The notes beneath the pieces are model-generated. The model was given only the letters and a program-made list of their open reading frames with translations. It had not been told where the DNA came from and ran no database searches. Positions 13,619 to 25,015 of a DNA stretch of 64,000 bases are shown here, piece by piece (position 1 is the first letter of the stretch; each line of letters starts with the position of its first letter). This stretch comes from Raja brachyura (taxonomy: Eukaryota), in the NCBI GenBank assembly GCA_963514005.1, contig OY740806.1, positions 19,840,001 to 19,904,000 of the forward strand, given 5' to 3'. The translations under genes and the position numbers were made by a program.

Positions 13619-13906
13619 CAGGAAGTGAGACTTAAACTTTATCAAAATGCTTCAATGGGTGAAAGAAAATCACTTGAAGTAAGACAACCTTGCTACAGTG
13701 AATTATAAAAGGCACTGAAGTCACTCTGACGGCGCATTGACTGGGGCAGCTGTTTTAGATGCCGTGACATTGTTTTTGATTCAGTTCTCTTCCAACACGC
13801 ACTCTGTGGATTTCATTGACACAGATCCTCAGTGTTTGCTTGAACAAAGGCAGAGATATTAATCTAGGGAAAGTGAAAACTTCCTTCGGCTCGAACGTAA
13901 CTTCCT
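13619..13906 (+). promoter_or_regulatory. Putative promoter of the IgSF receptor with ETS and IRF-type motifs
   Basis: CAGGAAGTG at 13619, TATAAAAG at 13704, GAAAGTGAAA at 13869-13878 abutting ACTTCC, second ACTTCCT at 13900; 160-450 nt upstream of the ATG and next to a locally CpG-richer stretch. Confidence 0.5.
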
Positions 13907-14065
13907 CCGCTCAGTACACCCTCTGGCATTTCACAGTCTCTGCCATTCTCCGTCTGTGATGCGAGTTCGCAGCGGACGGATCATCCTCACTTGACATTTG
14001 CACCATTGGAGCTGGCCGCGGGCGGAGAGTTTAATATTTCCAGGGACGGCCAGAACCGAGTAAAC

Positions 14066-14114
14066 ATGCAACTCCTCCTGAAGCTGCTCTTCCTCCTGCA
14101 TGCAGGGACACAAG
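14066..14114 (+). CDS. IgSF inhibitory-type receptor, exon 1 (signal peptide MQLLLKLLFLLHAGTQ-G)
   Basis: ATG in aaacATGc context; hydrophobic 16-codon leader; 49-nt phase-1 exon ending AAG|gcaagt (GC donor); joins in frame to the V exon. Confidence 0.85.
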
Positions 14115-14864
14115 GCAAGTTATGTTGATCGGACAATCTGTGGACCAAAGAGCCGTGATGGGGACCATCATTATGTGGCATATTGCATCGATAGATAGTT
14201 AAGGAGCGAGTCTGTTATTAAGACAGCAGGTCGATTAATATCTCTGCTCAAAGGCCGAGAAACCCGTCAAAATATTTAGTCTCCATTTAATCTATATTTT
14301 TAATGTTGGAATAAAAGTTTTGCATCTTCATTGACTGCGATTGCCTGCAATGATTCAATTAGTTAAAGCATTTGAGATATAATTCGGTCACTACAACTCC
14401 ATCAGAGAGCACAAAGCAAGAATCTTACGAAGGTGTAGAAACGAGGAACAGCAGATTCTGGTTTGCAAGAGAAGACACAGAGGCTGGAGCAACTCAGCGG
14501 GTCAGGCAGCATCCATGGAGAACATGGACAGATGGCGTTTCGGGTCGGGCCCCGTTTTCAGACTTTGGAAAGTCATCTCATCCATGTGCTCCAGAGATGC
14601 TGCCTGAGCCGTCGAGTTACTCCAGTCCCTTGTGTCTTTCTAGCGTCCAAAGATCACGGTGTCACCTCCCACCGCATCTGCTGAGAGAAGGCATTTGCAA
14701 CCATAATAGAGGCGAGAATCGTTGTTTGAAAACGTCAGATTTGAATACGTTTCTTTTAAATATTGTTTCCGTTAGAAAACCAATCCCTTGTTCAGTGTGT
14801 AAAGTGGATGTTTATTGAAATACTAACGGGATTATAATTGACAAATGTATTTATTTTCTACCAG

Positions 14865-15212
14865 GAGTTCCGCTAATCTCAAATTTGACCCAGCCACGTC
14901 TGGTCAGTGTGTGGAGGGGCGAGTCCGTCACGTTAAACTGTACATTTACTTATGGTGGAAGTGCGAATGCCTGGCTCCTCGTTTCATGGTATCGGACATC
15001 ACCTGGACGGCCTGATGATACTTACAACACGAACAAATCGCTCTGCATTCCTCACCCCACCAGGAATGGTTTCAAAAACTGCATGGTATCACTGAAGATT
15101 GAAAATGTATCGTTTGGTCACTCTGTTTACAACTACACTTGTGTGGTGAAGGTACCAAATGTCTTCCCTCCAATTCATGAAAAGGGCCAAGGAACACGAA
15201 TACAGGTTTATG
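14865..15212 (+). CDS. IgSF receptor exon 2: VJ-type Ig V domain
   Basis: Branch point tactaac 14821-14827, acceptor ttttctaccag, donor G|gtaaag; GESVTLNC...VSWYR...SLKIENV...YTC...GQGTRIQVY; 66 aa between the B and F cysteines; phase 1/1. Confidence 0.95.
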
Positions 15213-15304
15213 GTAAAGTATTTGCAATACCATGATGATCTCCAGTCTCTGCACTTTATGTTTATGAAATCGATAATGTTAAACGCAGGTACATTTAAAC
15301 CAAG

Positions 15305-15512
15305 GGTACACAAAAAGCTGGAGAAACTCAGCGGGTGCAGCAGCATCTAAGGAGCGAAGGAGATAGGCGACGTTTCGGGTCGAGACCCTTCCTCAGGCCC
15401 GAATCGACCCGAAACGTCGCCTATCTCCTTCGCTCCATAGATGCTGCTGCACCCGCTGAGTTTCTCCAGCTTTTTGTGTGCCCTCGATTCTCCAGCATCT
15501 GCAGTTCCTTCT
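15305..15512. mobile_element. Fold-back element made of inverted Penelope-type terminal repeats; related copies near 3000, 4320, 14440, 15640, 21080, 34430, 45185, 49175, 54390 and 60110
   Basis: aaaagctggagaaactcagcgggtgcagcagcatc ... gatgctgctgcacccgctgagtttctccagctttt inverted arms; the same sequence terminates the Penelope fragment at 56870-57435. Confidence 0.8.
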
Positions 15513-16299
15513 TTAATACATTTAAACCAATCCATTTACAGATACTTTAACAGAAATATTAGCAAGCAGACCCAATTAGAAATAAGATGAAATGAACACA
15601 TTTTGTTTCAACCTAAATGAATAAGGCGTACTTAAGATGACACAAAGGGCTGGAACAATTCAATGGGTCAGGAAGCATCCCTGGAGAACATGGATAGGTG
15701 ACATATCGGGTCTAGACCTTCATCAGACCATGTTCCCCTGAGATGTTGACTGACCCTCTGAGTTACTCCAACACTCTGTCTTGTTTTGTAAACCAGTATC
15801 TACAGTTCCGTGTTTCACAGAGGTACTTCAAGGTTGGTGTTTCCAGCTTTTTTTGGTAAAACACGGCTTGTGATATTGTTGCGTTGTCTCATTTGATCTT
15901 AAATCATATATGGATACCAACAGTGACAATATTCCTCCATTTCTCTTTCTTTTCACTTTCTATTCTGTCCATACCAAAGGATGAGCTGGTTTTACAACAG
16001 TTAAAAAAATAACTCTTTGAGATAGTTTGATTGACTGCATTCAGTGAGGATTCAGTTTGTGATAGATTTCACTCTGGCAATGGAGGAAGGGATGACAGGT
16101 CAGTATGGGAATGGAAATGCAAATTGAAATGGATAGCAATTGGCAGGTCCTTCCCAGAGGGAGCAATGGTGGGTAGATGGGGATGATGCATGGAAGGGAA
16201 CATTTTAAGGGGAGTTCACTTCTTGTACTAAGAATTAATGGAAACAGAACTTAGCCAAGTCAAGCTGTTTATTGTCATTGGCACAAGAACGGTGAGGTA

Positions 16300-17150
16300 C
16301 AGGTGTAACAAAAATCTGCACACAGAAACATAAATTATAAGTAAATTGTTTATAAATCACATAAAATTCTATAAGACAAAAAAATGGAAGAAGACTGTAA
16401 AACGCAATAAGAAAAACAAACAAGTCCATGGTGTTCCATTGTCGTGGGAGGTTTGGGGTTGTGTGGGTTGGTTCAAAAAAGTTGTAGGAAAGTAGTGGTT
16501 TCTGAACCTGGTGGTGTGATACTCTAGGCTTTTACACCTCACCCTATGGTAACAGTGAGAACAGGGCATGGCATGGATGGAGAGATAATAGATGCCACCA
16601 TCTTGAGGCATGTAGGTGGGGAGGCCTGTGGCTGTGATTGCTTGAGCTGAGTATAGCCTCTTGAGTTCCCGTGTTTTGAAATTTCCATACCAGCCCAAGA
16701 TGCAACCAGTCAGAATACTTCCTGCAGTACATCGGTAGAAGTTTCTTTGCATGTTGCATAACCTGCCCAATCTCTTTAAACTTCGAACAAATTAGAGGCA
16801 GTGGCAGATCTTCTTCATGGTTACAGCTATGTGCTCTGCTTACGAGAGGTTATCATCCAGGAATTTGAAGTTGCTAACTCATACCACCATTGACCCAATC
16901 TTAAAAACTGCACATTGTCTCCCGACTTTACCGTTCCAAAGTCAATGGTTAGCTACTTTGTTTTGTTGACCTTGAGTGAGAGTTTGTTGTTGCGGCACCA
17001 CTAACCACTTGTTCCATCTCTCTCTTGCACACTGACTGTTCACCACCCATAATTCAGCTAACAACAATGGTGTCGTTGTTGAGTTTATAGATGGTATTTG
17101 AGCTATGCTTAACCACATAGCTATGGTTGAGAAAGGAGTAGAGTAGGGTG
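16300..17150 (-). mobile_element. Degenerate Rex1/Babar-type LINE 3' fragment
   Basis: NFYRCTAGSILTGCILGWYGN and TTRFRNHYFP motifs. Confidence 0.75.
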
Positions 17151-17546
17151 CTAACGGCTTGGAAATTATATGGCTGCCTTGGTCTCCTTTGTTTGCAACA
17201 AATAAGTCTGAGGAGCAATTAAATTGCAGTGCATTCAATTATGTGAGGTCTCAACACACAAACCAGAAAGGACTTGGATCTCATTGCCTGGAGTAACATA
17301 GAAGCATAGATGTATATTAGCTGGTAGAAGAATTGGGTTGATGTTGTGAACAAATAAATTCACTCAATCAGTGGCAGTGACTGGAACTCATATTCAGAAT
17401 GGGTAAAAGAAGTAGAAATCTTCACCAAATTTCATGTACCTGAATGAGCACTTGAGGTGCATCACCTGCAGGGCTTTGAACTAGAGAAGTGAGAGTAAAT
17501 TAAAAGTATGTCTTAGAGCAGCATGTATTCAATAGATCTCCTACAC

Positions 17547-17781
17547 CAGGGGTTCCCACACTTTTTCGTCCCGTTTACCCCTGGCAACTTTAATAGCACA
17601 TAATAATGTTATTTCACATATTTATGAACAACTAATGAAGAACAGATACCGGTGTGCCAGAACCAAACACAGTCAGTCAATGAGAAAAAATATGTACAAA
17701 ATCCAGAATCAACAAATTTACCCCCTGGGTAGGCGAAATCTACCCCCTGGGGGTAAATTTATCCCAGGTTGGGAACTCTTG
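17547..17781. mobile_element. hAT MITE
   Basis: TIR CAGGGGTTCCCA / TGGGAACTCTTG; perfect 8-bp TSD TCCTACAC. Confidence 0.9.
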
Positions 17782-18169
17782 TCCTACACCATAAATTTCT
17801 ACAATGATTATCATTAACTCAAGCTTCCCCATATTTCAAGAGTTCAAGAGTAATCTCTCACTGAAATGTTTTACTGTGCATTACGAGTATCGTCAATACT
17901 AACCAAAAGACTACGCCATGTGAGTCTGTGTGATATACATAATCTTATTTTGCCAGGACCATGGAGTATATTATAATGGTCCAGCATATATTTGATCCTT
18001 GATGCTTCTCAGCTAAAGAAGTGCTCTATTATTATGATTCTACATCATTAACTTAATATATTCTCTATGAAAATAGGGCAGAATTTTGGACAATTTACTC
18101 TGACAGAGTTTCACTGATATTGAAATGTGTGATATATAGTTTAATACTTTATGCTTTATCTTCTCTCAG

Positions 18170-18460
18170 ATCTTCCAGAAATTTATATACGTGGTGATAC
18201 TTTGGTTGCTGGTCATGAATCCACTCTAACCTGCTCTGGCAAGGGATTGTACGACAAGGATATCTCCTTTACATGGACATGCACTTCTACAAATATCACT
18301 GCACCAACTTTTGAAACAGACAGTAATGGCACACAACTTGCCACCAGTCATTACAAGATTGTCCCAAAAGTGGAAGACAATGGGACTGTTTGCAGTTGTC
18401 AGATTAATCATTCCACTTTTGGACGACCAGCTGTAAATACAATCAAACTAAATATTATGT
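18170..18460 (+). CDS. IgSF receptor exon 3: C1-like Ig domain
   Basis: Acceptor ttctctcag, donor T|gtaagt; TLTCSGKGLYDKDISFTW...DSNGT...CSCQINHSTF; phase 1/1. Confidence 0.95.
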
Positions 18461-18821
18461 GTAAGTATCATCTTTAACTTTTGAAGTGGTATTCACTGTA
18501 TTGCTAATCTTTGAATTCTTGTTGTATGCACATTATGTTTTATCACTTATATTTTCTCTCATTAATATTGTTCTTGGTTTCTTCTATTTTGCCTTTCTCT
18601 CTTGTCCTGTTACTCAGACCGAAAGTTTTAATTCACCTTTCTCAATTGCTTTAAATCAATCTGCCCCAAATACTCTACCTTCTTACTATGATGATTATTT
18701 CCCAGATTTGAATCATTCTCAGTTAAGTTTGAAGCTTCCTTATAGATATCTCTTGGTAATCCTATGTGTGTGTCTCCCCATCTCCACTGAAGCAATCTTA
18801 AAGGCTAAACCTGCTAACCTT

Positions 18822-20552
18822 ATACCTCCCTAAAACTTTTTTTTAAAATCGATTCCATTGTTAACAGCTTTATTTGGGATTATAACAATCACAGAATAAG
18901 TAAAAAACACTTATGTAAATCCAAGATAAACGGAGGATTAGCGTTACCTATTTTTTTATATTATTTTTGGGCGGTTCAGATTAAGAATATGAATTTTTGG
19001 TTGGTAAAAATGGATCAGGAACCAGCTTGGCTAAAGATGGAAAAGGAAGACTGTTTACCGTTTGATACAAGTTCGATTCTTTTTGCTCCAATGGAAGTAC
19101 AAAAAAAAACATATGGGGAAAACCCAATAATTCATAGCAATAGACGTATTTGGAAACAAATAGTTAAGACTTTACATTTGGATAATATGTCGCTTTGTTT
19201 ACCAATTATGAATAATCCCTTATTTAAACCTTCTATATTGGATAAGGGGTTTAGACATTGGAAAAAATTAGGAATTATAAGGATAGAACACCTTTACAGG
19301 AAAGGAAAATTTCTCTCATTTCAAGAGTTAAAAGATATTTATGGATTGCACCCAAATAACTTGTTTAGGTATTTACAAATTAGAGACTATATCAAGTCAA
19401 ACATGCAAGACTATAAGAATAGAGAATCAGGATTACTTGATGAATTGCTTAACAAGCACCCAAATACAGAAAAATTAATAGCATACATATATAATACTCT
19501 TTTGGATAGGGAAGTCCCAACAACAGAATCATACCGACAGATATGGGAAAATGAAATAGGTCTATCTATAATGAAAGACACTTGGGAAGAAAGTTTACAA
19601 CATATACACCGTTGCTTGTTAAATGCCAGACATACCTTGATACAATTTAAAGTATTACATAGATTACACTATTCAAAAACAAAATTAAATAGAATTGTTC
19701 CTAACATCTCTTCTATTTGCGATAAATGTCAGAATTTAGAAGCTAATTTAACGCATAGTTTTGTAACATGCATAAAACTTAATAGTTATTGGGCTGATAT
19801 TTTTAGAATCATTTCTGAAGTTCTTAAAACTAAATTGGACACCGATCTAAAGCTAATAATATTAGGAGTTCCTGATTCAAGCCTAATATTAACAGTAAGT
19901 CAAATAAATTTTCTTGATTACTGTTTGATAATTGGAAAAAAATTAATATTAAAATTCTGGAAGAGAACATTATCCCCCACAATCAAAATGTGGACTGTGG
20001 AAATGTCGGAGACGTTGCATTTTGAGAGAATTAGGTTTGTCCTAATGGACAACTACGAACTGTTTGAACAAATATGGTCTCCATTCATTGATTATTTAAA
20101 GGGGTAGCTGAGCTCAGCATTGTAATTCAATAAGTACCCTGGTGTAGGATTAGATGAAAAGATGTATTCTGGGATTTGTATACACGTCTCTATAGATATT
20201 GTTATGTGAAATAGCTCCATTCATTGCTAAGATGTATACTTCATTTTTTTATTATATAATAATTGTTTTGTTTTTTTTTCTTATTTGTTTATTTTTATAA
20301 TTTTTTATTATTTTTTTTTATTTTTTAAATTTTTCTTATATAATTATAATCATTATTATTTAATCACCATCCGTATTGATTATAGATCTATTATTTTACT
20401 TCTTTACTTCCCAAAAAAAACCAGAAGCATACATACATGATTTCGTAATATTAGTATAATTTTTGAAACAAGTTAAACTTGTATTTGAAGAACTGTTATA
20501 CTGTGGACAATACGCATTGCTTCTAATAAAAATATTAAAAAAAAATAATAAT
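18822..20552 (+). mobile_element. 5'-truncated L1-clade LINE (ORF2 C-terminus, 3'UTR, A-rich tail)
   Basis: 372-aa ORF 18989-20107 with CDKC...H....C motif, preceded in frame by GGLALP; 15-bp TSD AAACCTGCTAACCTT at 18807-18821 and 20553-20567. Confidence 0.93.
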
Positions 20553-21792
20553 AAACCTGCTAACCTTCCTTCTCAATCAGAGTTTTGCGACATTTACAGG
20601 GTGGATCAATATTCATCATCCCTCTCCCTTCCGCATTCATATTCTGTCCTATTTATTTTAGAATTTGAATTTTGCCAAGCCCTCATTGTGCGCGTGTGCA
20701 TTGATAAAAGTATTTCAAGTATAACTGATTGGCCTTCTCCAAACTTCTTGGCTAAGGCCTCACAGAGGTTCTATGTTCCCTTTCACCAAAATTCACTTTC
20801 TTCTGTCCTTATCCATCTCCTGCAACACTTCACCCTTTTGCATTTCTACTTGTTTTGTACTTCATATCTCTCCATTACATTTATGCCAACAAAAGTTGAT
20901 TTTTCTCTCCCAGCTTTTGCAGTGAGTGGTATCTTCTTGTTGCTATTTTCAATGCCCATCTTATGTACCTGTCTTAACCTTAGGTCTTTGAGTTCATAGC
21001 CCTCTGTCCTGCACTAACTTTGTTTTCAATATAAACTCCTCTATTCATGGCCACACCAACAATATTCCCTTCTCATGTGTAGGAAGAAACTGCAGATGTT
21101 GATTTAAACCGAAGATAGACACAAAATGCTGGAGTAACTCAGCCGGAGAAGGGTCTCGACGCAAAGCATCACTCATTCCCTCTCCAGAGATGCTGCCTGT
21201 CCCGCTGAGTTACTCTAGCATTTTGTGTCTACCTTCCCTTCACAAGTGGCCCTACTACTCTCACCATATGCAGGGGTATCTGTGATCATTTGTGGTATCC
21301 GTAGAAATCACTTACAACGCCACACCCACCTGTGTTCCGACAGGTGAAGAAAATCACCAAAGAATTATATTAGTGGCTTCACTCTTCAAACTGTTAGGAA
21401 TTTGGACCTCCATTTGCCACGTTTACCAAACACTTCATCTCTCTACTACCAGCAGTATAACCCTCGAACAATTCTAAATTTCTCCAGAAGTAATGTCGAA
21501 GAATCTCAACTTTCATCGTGCAAATGGTTCATTAAGCTCTAGCATTCACCTTCCTCTCTGCATCAATCCCTCACTCTCCATAGACAAGAACAAGCTTGGC
21601 TTTTTGTTACGTATCTGATTCTTTCCAACTTTGCTTCAGTGGCAGTCCGAGTTATACTCAGGTCCCTTGAAAATGATTAGCTTTCAGAAGTGCAATGTTT
21701 GATTGTGAATAGCTGTTCTGTGTATACTTCCATGTTAATTCTTTTCACATTGCTTTCATCTAAAATGAAGTGTACATTATCTTTACCATTAG

Positions 21793-22110
21793 ATGGACCA
21801 CAAGATCTATTAATAACATACAGGTTGAAAGCAGTGGATATTTATCGACCGATCAATAATAGCATCATCTTTGTTGCTGCTGATTCATTCCTGGAACTGA
21901 ATTGTCGTGTAGATAGTAATCCGGTCTCCATTGTTACCTGGACAAAGGCCACGGAGAATCATAATGTAACGTTGCAAACTGGAGTCGGGTTCAACAGTTC
22001 AAAAGAATGGACCCGTTTCCAGCGTAAAGATGAAGGAATGTATTGGTGCATGGCAAAAAACAGCTACGGCTGGAGAAACAGAAGTATCTCGATAAACACA
22101 AAACAGAAAG
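21793..22110 (+). CDS. IgSF receptor exon 4: I/C2-set Ig domain
   Basis: Acceptor ccattag, donor G|gtaaat; YGP...LELNCRVDSNP...VTW...DEGMYWCMAKNSYG; phase 1/1. Confidence 0.95.
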
Positions 22111-22519
22111 GTAAATAGAAATGTAATTATACATGTGCCTAAGTAACAATGTTCATTGAGGTAGAATCATTCTTAGCAAATAAGACCTCAACTTAATTAG
22201 TTCAATGTCTTTTTTCTTGATCTTAGTGATTGATCAATTGTAATATTTTAATTATTTTACAAATCATATATAGTAAAGACCATTTACTGCTGTCATCTTC
22301 AAATGCTTTGATTTTATAGTGTTTTTCCATTGTAGATTAAAAAAAATTAAACATTAGAGTGCTGCAGTTTTGTTTATTAATGGCAGTGTATCTCTTCTGG
22401 AATTGAAATAAATATATGTAAAACAAATAAAGTAAAACGATTGCAGTGTTTTTTTTTAAACTTTTTATGTCTCTCAGTGCTGTCGACATTTAGTTGACAT
22501 CTGGAATTTTCTTTCACAG

Positions 22520-22618
22520 ATTATTCTTTTCTTTATGCTCTGGTCCTGGTCCCCCTAACTACTGCCATTATTTTCGCAATGATATATGTTTGTCTGAACT
22601 GCAAGAGGCAACGGAAAG
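22520..22618 (+). CDS. IgSF receptor exon 5: transmembrane segment (DYSFLYALVLVPLTTAIIFAMIYVCLNCKRQRK)
   Basis: Acceptor ttttctttcacag, donor G|gtaaaa; uncharged hydrophobic stretch followed by basic stop-transfer residues; 99 nt, phase 1/1; too short for the ORF track. Confidence 0.92.
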
Positions 22619-22869
22619 GTAAAACTGAAAATAAAGCGTTGGTTGTAGGTGTTAACCTTAAAACGACAACAATAGCCAGCTGAAAAATAATGTGGTTTTC
22701 AATCAATCGTGTTATTACACAATCCTTTTTGATATCCTGTGTGTTGCTTGTTGGGTTAATTTCATGGCCAAGCCTTTATTTGGTTAAATAAGTGTTACAT
22801 TTCAAGTTAGAGGATCATGAAAGACCTTGTTCAATATTTTCCAGCAATGCCCTGATCTCAAAAATGAAT

Positions 22870-23175
22870 TTAGTTTAGTTTAACGATACAGCGTGGAAAC
22901 AGGCCCTTCAGCCCATCGAGACAGTACTGGACAATGATCACCCTTACACTAGTTCTGTTATTCCACTTTCGCATCCTACACACTGGGGGGAAATTACAGA
23001 GGCCAATTAACCTACGACTTTGGAATGTGGGAAGAAACCAGAGCACCAGGAGAAAACCCATGCGGTCACAGGGAGAATGTACAAACTCCATACAGATAGA
23101 ACCCGTAGTTAGGATTAAACCCGGGTCTCTGGTGCAGCAAGTCAGTAATTCTATGGCTGTGCCACTCTGCTGCCC
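22870..23175 (-). mobile_element. tRNA-derived SINE; related copies near 32553-32815(-), 35122-35435(+), 39495-39690(+), 56430-56595(-) and 61070-61325(-)
   Basis: A/B-box-like head, shared core (ggtttcctcccacattcc) and (CTAAA)n tail. Confidence 0.8.
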
Positions 23176-24679
23176 TAATTGAAAATAATATTATTTATTA
23201 ATTCATAGAAAAACACCAAACTTGGCAAGGCATTTTCAAAATTGGAATCAGGAACTAAATTACAAAAGATGCAAATGTTTTTAATATGATTAGTATTTTG
23301 AAGTAGTGCAGGTATTTTGAGTGAGTTTTTTTTAAAAATAAAAATTAAGACTTTTTATGGGAAATATTTAAATTAGATAAAGAGATGCACCAAATGTAGA
23401 AAAACAAGTAGTTCAACTATGTTCTGTTTTGCATTCTAGAGACATTGATTTGATTTTGTACTATTCTTTGAGTCTCTACGAGTCTTTCAAATGCATTGAC
23501 CATTATAATAGAAAAGGAAATGATCTTGAACTTGTTTGACCTACTGAAGTTAGGGAGGAATTTTGTACAGGAAATTCATTTCTGGAAAAAGTGCAGCATG
23601 AATGCTCCACAAAGCCACCAGGATGTGGAATTATTCACTAAGAGACTTGAAAAGACTCAAGTCTATTTAGTTAACTCTGCAACGGTTAAAAGGATGAAAG
23701 GGCAAGTTGAATAATGAGAGAGTGACATAACATTTCACAAAGGGAGCAGCAAGAAAGTTTTGAAATGAAATTCGTTGAGAGTAAATTTAGAAAAAAAGTC
23801 TAATTCTCTGTTTGCTATTAACAGTTTATGATGACTTCGAAAATAATTTAGTTGTTTGGAAAAAAGAAACCTTTAAATACAGCAGGTAGCAAAAATGCTG
23901 GAGAAACTCAGCAGGTAGGGCAGCATCTATGGAGAGAAGGAATAGGCGACGTTTTGGGTTGAGACACTTCTTCAGACTGATAATACAGCAGCGTGAGCCT
24001 GGATAATGTGGAACCAATTGGATTAATTGGATTTGATTGGACTTTTTCATGCCGTATATGATTCACGATATTAGGCTGCGTGACAGCTTATCTGCCCCTC
24101 AGCTTATTAAATCAATATGTGAAATTGAAGTTTGAATGCCATCAATACCAATGGAATATTTTTCCTGCTGTGAATCTTATGATTGGCGTTTCTTTATTTG
24201 TCACTGCTTTGCTATTTCTTTTCACTTGCTTCGCTCAAGGATAAAGTGCACCCTCCCCCATGCATTTCCTGTTCAAGAGTGCATTGGAATCACCCAAAAA
24301 AAATCCTCAAGACAGCGGAATGCCTTGGCTTCCACTGCAGTACATTTCTAGTGCAACGTACAGGCCTTTGTTAACCAAAGCGTAATGTGTTCTGACCACT
24401 ACGTCTCCGAATTTCTCATTACCCAGATCTTTGCAACTTGAATGTACAGTAATATCTCACCACAACTATAGACCTGAAAATTTAAACATGCAGATTTCTG
24501 AAAAAATAAAATGCTGCTTTACAAAACCAGGCCACGTTTAGAGGAAATTGGGTCTGAAATACACCCACTTTGATGTGGGAAGGAATCTATCGATGCTAAT
24601 CCATTCTGGGCACTGTGCAAGAGAGAATATTTAGCATATGTAATTTGGGAATTTTGTTAATTGCTGCAAGTTTGACCTG

Positions 24680-25015
24680 GGCCGGGATAGAGTGGATGTG
24701 GAGAGGATGTTTCCACTAGTCGGAGAATCTAGGACCAGAGGTTATAGGCTCAGAATTAAAGTATGGTCCTTTAGGAAGGAGATGAGGAGGAATTTCATTG
24801 AGCGTGGTATATCTGTGGAATTTATTCCCACAGAGGGCTGGGGAGGTCAGTTCAGTGGATATTTTTAAGGCAGAGATAGATAGATTCTTGATTAGTACGG
24901 GTGTCAGGAGTTATTGGAAGAAGGCAGGAGAATGGGGTTAGGAAGCAGAGATGAATCGACCATGATTGAATGTCAGAATGGCCTAATTCTGCTCCTTTCA
25001 CTTATGACCTTATGA
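24680..25015 (+). mobile_element. CR1 LINE 3' fragment
   Basis: Degenerate ORF2 end and 3'UTR. Confidence 0.75.

Noticed and set aside
14865-18460. Rearranging Ig/TCR locus or IgNAR segment
   Set aside because: The J-like strand is in the V exon, no heptamer/nonamer RSS was seen, the TM has no charged residue, and there is a long ITIM-bearing tail.
18486-20999. Hydrophobic ORFs 18486-18833 and 20463-20999
   Set aside because: T-rich intronic sequence flanking the L1; compositional artefacts.
14865-22110. Siglec/CD22/MAG assignment
   Set aside because: The V domain has canonical B-F cysteines and lacks the F-strand arginine needed for sialic acid binding.
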